From: Eledone cirrhosa
Lineage: Eukaryota
Length of the DNA stretch: 64,000 nucleotides
NCBI GenBank assembly: GCA_964016885.1
Contig: OZ024755.1
Location: forward strand, 13,888,001 to 13,952,000
Direction of reading: 5' to 3'
In this document: piece by piece, positions 58,180-64,000 of the stretch
Layout: each line of letters begins with the position of its first letter
How positions within the stretch are numbered: position 1 is the stretch's first letter
Made by a program: the position numbers and the translations under genes
Notes under the pieces: model-generated
Seen by the model: only the letters and a program-made list of their open reading frames with translations
The model's database searches: none
What the model was told of the DNA's origin: nothing

Positions 58180-58500
58180 TATACGCTCATAATAATACCC
58201 TGTAATAATTAAGCTCAAAGTAAAAATACTGAGCATTTTATATATATATTTGTATATATATATAAATGTTCTGTCATCCCTTCGCTCCTGCATATTTGCT
58301 TTTACTTAGTTATTTGTTTATATTATTTTTATAACTTCTTGTGTATTCTCATATTTATCTTTTTAACTATCTTAATTTCTTCTCTACTATTTTCCTTCCA
58401 CGTCACCCGCTACCTAATCTGATTAATAACAATTAAATCGAGAACTGTTGCAGAGATGTGCCTTTTGGAAACTGAATGTATAGAGTTACGTAACAACATT

Positions 58501-58533
<33 letters not shown>

Positions 58534-58550
58534 GCGCGCGCACGCACGCG

Positions 58551-58649
<99 letters not shown>

Positions 58650-58886
58650 ACACACACACACACCACATATATATATATATATATGAAGGTATGTATATAT
58701 ATATGTATGTATATATATATTATTATTATTATTATTAGGTAACGGTCGTAACTATGCATAATCAATAAAGACCTTAATGTGAATCCTCGCTTTGTTTTCA
58801 ATATATATATATATATATATATGGACATCGTCAGTACTCATATTTCAGGACTCAATAATCGACTCCTGAAGAAGTCAATAACGCCT

Positions 58887-58949
<63 letters not shown>

Positions 58950-59641
58950 ATATATCTGTTTTGATATAAGTCCTCAGTTCAAATCCCACTGAGGTAAAAT
59001 TCCCCTTTCATCCATACCAGTTCGATAAAAAAAAGTACCAGTTTAAAACTGGGGCCGATTCTTCCTCTGTGTCTCTTCCTCGTTTCCATTGTCTCACTCT
59101 CTATCCTTTTCTGGCAGAAATCTGCTGTATTCAGACCTGGAGAGGGATGGGCTCCGCCAGATTTAAATGTGCCCTGGTTATGCTACATGTCAATACGGCG
59201 CCTCTACGACTCTCTCGGTTGTTACGGAACCAGCCATCTACATGTAATCTCACTGTGAATGTTTGAATCTGGGATCATATCAGATCTACCTTGATAATCG
59301 TGTGAGAACGCTGTATACATAATTATAATTTTGTATTGAGTAATAAAAGATGATAGACGATTAATGAGGAACATGTATTGAAATATATTTATATATTTAT
59401 CATCCCTTTATTTTATCTACTTTACTCTGTTCTGTTTCCCCTTAACGTATTTCGTTTTATTACATTTTATCTCATAAGTTGATCCTATTTTCTGTTATTT
59501 TAATTTAATTAACTACGTTGGGCTTTTTATTTCATCTCACTTCATCTCTAATTTATATTATTGTATTTTATGTATGTATTTAATTGAATTTTATATGCGT
59601 GTTGTGTGTGCTTAATTAAATACATAAATGGATATATGTAA

Positions 59642-59688
<47 letters not shown>

Positions 59689-59703
59689 CGCGCGTGTGTG
59701 TGA

Positions 59704-59756
<53 letters not shown>

Positions 59757-60404
59757 TATTTACATATATGTATATATACATATATATACTGTATATATAG
59801 TTTAATGGATTGTAACCTTACGTTACTGCTGGTTTACCAACTTGATTACTCGAGGCATACGTGGGTCCATTTAAGTATAGTACGTGGTGTTGCGTGTTTG
59901 GTATTAAACTCTGGTCGATTTCCCTCATATGCATGGCTGGAAATTATAATAATAAATTGTAATTAAATCAACAGGTGCGTGCGTTTTTATTGGCAGCAAG
60001 TCCCTCCCAATGTATAGCAATATGTTTCAACACACGTTTTCAGATAAAAAATTATTGCAAAACAAATACAAAAATTATATATATATATAACCGCCTACAT
60101 AGTCATTGCCATTTTTATAAAATTTTCATTTTAATTCATCATTACCTATCATCTATTTCGTGTTCTTCCCTGTTTCATCCCACCTAAAATTATTTTAAAT
60201 TACCCTACAACATCCTTTTCGCCTTTTTTCTCTCACCTTTAAATTCAATCAATTACTGCTCTTAACAAGTCCTCTGATTTAATCGATACTTATGCAATAT
60301 AATATTGTAAACAACCTCATATCTCCAGTATATTATTAATTTCCTAGCTACGACTTCAAATAATATCTAATTCCTATCACTCGGAACTCCATTATAATTA
60401 TTAA

Positions 60405-60497
60405 GAGTCGATAAAATAAAGCTTCAGTAACGTACTGGGGTTAATTTAGTCGACATTCTTCAAATTGCTGGCCTTGTGCCTAAAGTAGAAACAATTA
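60405..60497 (+). mobile_element. SINE family A, 3' part
   Basis: GTCGATAAAATAAAG..AATTGCTGGCCTTGTGCCTAAAGTAGAAACAATT. Confidence 0.8.
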
Positions 60498-60549
60498 TCA
60501 TTATTATTATTGAAATCATTGCTATTGATGTTGTTATTATTAGAAATCT

Positions 60550-61000
60550 TATTGTTAATATTTGTATTACTTACATTAGTCTTATGTTTATTGCATGTTG
60601 TTATTGCGTTACGGAGCAGAGCTCTGTGTACCTTAAGTGTGTGCAGTGTTACTTTGGGTGTTGTTATTTCAATTGTAGTGAGAGTATTCTTCGTAATACG
60701 TTTGTAGTGCCTAGAAGTACTATTTTCCGTATACTTTATATTTTTGTAAGTCTTAGAGTTTTGGTTATGTATTTGTCCGTGTGCTTTTTTATCATTCCCT
60801 AAGCAGGCATTATTATACGAATTGTTTCTGTTTTCATCAGCAACAGTCAGGTTATTTCTATCGCCAGATCTTTATATTTGGATAATTTCTTGATTTCTTT
60901 GATAGATATATTATCATCCGAGAGTTTGATACGTTAATTAAAAGATAATTTATATTTGTAGTCTTTGACTGTAGTATTGTTGGCTTTGGTCTCTCAATTA
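60550..61000 (-). mobile_element. Decayed Dong/R4 3' end
   Basis: Minus-strand remnants DDNISIKEIKKLSKYKDLAIEI and RKIVLLGTTNVLRRILSL, then a 3'UTR like 4100-4182 and a TAA-rich tail. Confidence 0.7.
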
Positions 61001-61341
61001 TCCATGATGCTTGTTTACTCTTGTTTGTATATGTGATTATCGGTTTCAACAACGTTCATCCATTTGTTAGATTAACTAAACATCTGATGAATTAAATTAG
61101 TGTGTAATTGTCTACACATTCCACAGACCCATATGCCCTTAATATAATTCTCTAATAGAATGGACGGGACACAACATGTGACTAGACAAGACATTTGAGT
61201 AAACGGTACAAGCTCATTCGACGTGCTTCCAATCAGTTTTTGCCTACATGGTTTCATTCACAAATATTGGGTCGATAGGAGGCTATGGTGAAAACAATAA
61301 CCCAAGAAGCTACATAGTGGGATCGAACCCAGAACATGATG

Positions 61342-61415
61342 ATTGCTAAGGAGACTTCGTAACCACTATTGTTAAGGAGACCTCGTAACCACTATTGCTC
61401 AGGAGACTTCTTAAC
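61342..61415. repeat. 26 bp tandem repeat, ~3 copies, at the head of a decayed SINE
   Basis: Unit TTGCTAAGGAGACTTCGTAACCACTA. Confidence 0.8.
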
Positions 61416-61936
61416 GTTCACTATTGTCTAACTGTTGTAGATTTTAGTATAATCTGTATTATCTGAGTTCCTCTTTAATCCATTTATAACACCTTAATAC
61501 GTAATTAAACATTTTAACCTATTATTAGTTTTAATTTTCCCAAACGTACCAATATTTAACGGCTTTTTAACGAGAAATATGAGTGATTTGCCTTCAACCA
61601 GTTAATAACATACTTCATCCAAATACTCTTACTTGAATCCATCAAACTGTTATTTCTACGGCAACCATTAGTAACACCTACTTATTTTTCAAATTCATCT
61701 TCACAATAAAATTATTTCATTCTTCACTCTCTGAAAATGACATACAACCGTTTTCTAGCAATGCTTTATTCAACCTACTTGCCTTCTTATCTACCTGTTG
61801 CTTCTCCCCCCTCTCTCTCTCCATCTCTCTCTTCTTCTCTCTCTCTCTCTTTCTCTCTCTCCTATATACATATATACATAATTTATACATCATTTATATA
61901 TACATATATAAACACACACACATATATGTATGTATG

Positions 61937-62260
61937 TTCTTCTGGTTTTATAATTTCACAAAGTTTTACCAATAGAGAGAGAGTCGGTTTCTAACATAGA
62001 CACAAGACTCTCTCATTGGAATTTACACAACATCAACTAGGTAGATATGTATGTATGCATGCATATGTAGATATGGATGCTATTGTATGTGTGGATGTGT
62101 ATGTTTTGAGTTCTAAGTGTGCATGTGTATATGCTTTGTATCTGTACATGTTTATATGCAGTTATTAGATGCAAAATGTTTGGAATGTTTTACATATTTT
62201 TACTGTTCCATTAATGGATTGTACTTGTAATTTCCTAACTAGTTGATCAGGGTGGAGTAT
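61937..62260 (-). mobile_element. Short 3' copy of the same R4/Dong family as 43146-46249
   Basis: Near-identical to 43146-43430 but with an extra ~24 nt segment. Its 5' end jumps to ATCAGGGTGGAGTAT, which matches ~43537-43551. The 3' end abuts (TATG)3. Confidence 0.9.
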
Positions 62261-62367
62261 ATACTAGGAAGGGGGAGAGGGAGGAAATCGAAACAATAAA
62301 TAGAACAATATACCCTATATTGTTCTACTTATTGTTTCGACTTCCTCCCCCTCCCCCTCCCTAGTAT
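62261..62367. repeat. Hairpin with 52 bp arms and CCC loop
   Basis: ATACTAGG..AGAACAATATA-CCC-TATATTGTTCT..CCTAGTAT with a few mismatches. Confidence 0.9.
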
Positions 62368-62557
62368 CTTCTTTGACCTCATGCCCAGCTGTAGTCGGCA
62401 CTATCAACGCATGAATGGGTCTCCTCCACCCCCTCTCCCTCTTTCTCCTACTGGCAGGTTCAGCTACACCTTCCCTCCACAAATTGCCATCATAGAATTA
62501 TTATGTCTCAACAACAAACTTTTGACCAATCCTTGTGACAACCACTTTTACCATATA

Positions 62558-62664
62558 TAGAATTACCTCTTGAGAAGCTCGGCTATTCAAATACCAGGAT
62601 AAAAATGTTCATTTAGTCCAGAATTAGCCGTCGAAACGGCTTGAGCTCAGCCGTCGGGGTCCTA
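62558..62664 (+). ncRNA. Putative type I hammerhead ribozyme with U3-A8 variant core
   Basis: Stem I ACCUC(62565-69)/GGGGU(62656-60), core UUGAGAA(62570-76), stem II G..CGGCUAUUC/GAAUUAGCCG.C, GAAA(62633-36), stem III CGGCU/AGCCG, GUC with predicted cleavage after 62655. Confidence 0.65.
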
Positions 62665-62751
62665 CTCGTTCCTATTACCCACTCTACTACCCTAAGTATT
62701 GAGTACTTTGGTGCGTTATGGTCCACCTAGTTCCTTACCACATTTCCTCCG

Positions 62752-62753
<2 letters not shown>
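62558..62753 (+). mobile_element. Family C longest copy: hammerhead plus ~95 nt 3' tail ending at (TA)n (Penelope pLTR/retrozyme-like)
   Basis: Homologous to the three other C copies and contains the full ribozyme motif. Confidence 0.7.
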
Positions 62754-62817
<64 letters not shown>

Positions 62818-63032
62818 ATGTAAATGAATGAAGTAATTCCGTCGGAAAGGTCCAGGAAAAAAGAGTGCTCTATGTAGGTTACAGAGTTTAATAGTTATGT
62901 AATAAACAACATAAGATAATTATTTCATTTACCAGTGGTTTCTTGAAAGCAAACAAATCTGCTTTCAGTCATCAGAATGAAAAAATCCTGGTGTTTTTAT
63001 TGAATGTGGATTTGAAAACCTATATATATATG

Positions 63033-63068
<36 letters not shown>

Positions 63069-63300
63069 TGGTGGAGGTCTGTGTCTGCCAATGTCAACGT
63101 TTGTGTATGTGACAGGAATCTGTAGCATAGCTGTTTGATAAATGATGTCGTTAAAATATGTAAATATTTGAAAAAGTACCGGGGTTGATAGGATCAACTA
63201 ATTCAAAGCGGTATCAAATAATGGCCGGAGTCTGAGTGAGATCAGTGAACGAATACTCACACACACACATATATATATATATATATTTCTACACACACAA

Positions 63301-63459
<159 letters not shown>

Positions 63460-63580
63460 CCGTAAACAGTGATGCAATTGAATTCAAGCACTCAACGTAC
63501 TTCTTCCACGTAGGAATGACGAAGTATATTTAGAATAAGAAGAGAGAGAGAGGAGAGAGAGAGAGAAAAAAAGAGAGAGA

Positions 63581-63648
<68 letters not shown>

Positions 63649-64000
63649 GAGAGAGAGGGGGGAGTGCGAGTGAGTGTGTGCTTACACATAGGAAGAGGAG
63701 AAAGCAAGGAAGGAGGGTAGAAACGAAGAACATACCATTGTCAGCAATCCAGAAAATGGCAGTTAATACTACGAAAAAGGATAACATAATCAAATTTATT
63801 TGAAACTGAATGTTCAATATAGCCACTCAAAGTTTCACATTACCGTTTATATAAGTTATATAACATATATCATATTTATATACGCGAGAAAGGAGTTTAC
63901 AAGCCACATATATAATATTTACGATTATATATGAGTATACAGTTAGGTTTGTATGTATATATGTATTTATGTATGTATGTATGTATGTATGTATGTATGT

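Noticed and set aside
58822-58890. Short TA-flanked insert with CTGAAGA, minus-strand CTGACGA and a hairpin
   Set aside because: The elements are not in an order that closes a three-way junction.

Overview
AT-rich, microsatellite-dense animal genomic DNA. The repeat content (tRNA-derived SINEs, R4/Dong and RTE LINEs, long (TA)n tracts) suggests a coleoid cephalopod such as Octopus, which is an inference. The only host coding sequence I can support is one internal exon (33030-33323, +) of a cyclic-nucleotide-gated (CNG) channel subunit, covering the C-linker and the start of the cNMP-binding domain. The rest of the window is probably its introns. It holds decayed non-LTR retrotransposons (a ~3.1 kb R4/Dong-type copy, several 3' fragments, three RTE-type remnants), many SINE copies, non-autonomous Helitron-like elements, a piggyBac-like MITE and simple repeats. 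Almost all ORFs in the supplied track are microsatellite artefacts. The most interesting signal is a set of short elements abutting (TA)n tracts that carry type I hammerhead ribozyme motifs. One is complete with a compensatory U3-A8 core (62558-62664) and one is near-canonical (57700-57792). Other copies of the first family are palindromes that fold back exactly at the ribozyme stems, which suggests a Penelope/retrozyme-like system with snap-back integration. A second candidate is an R4/Dong family associated with (CATA)n. All calls were made by eye with no database search.
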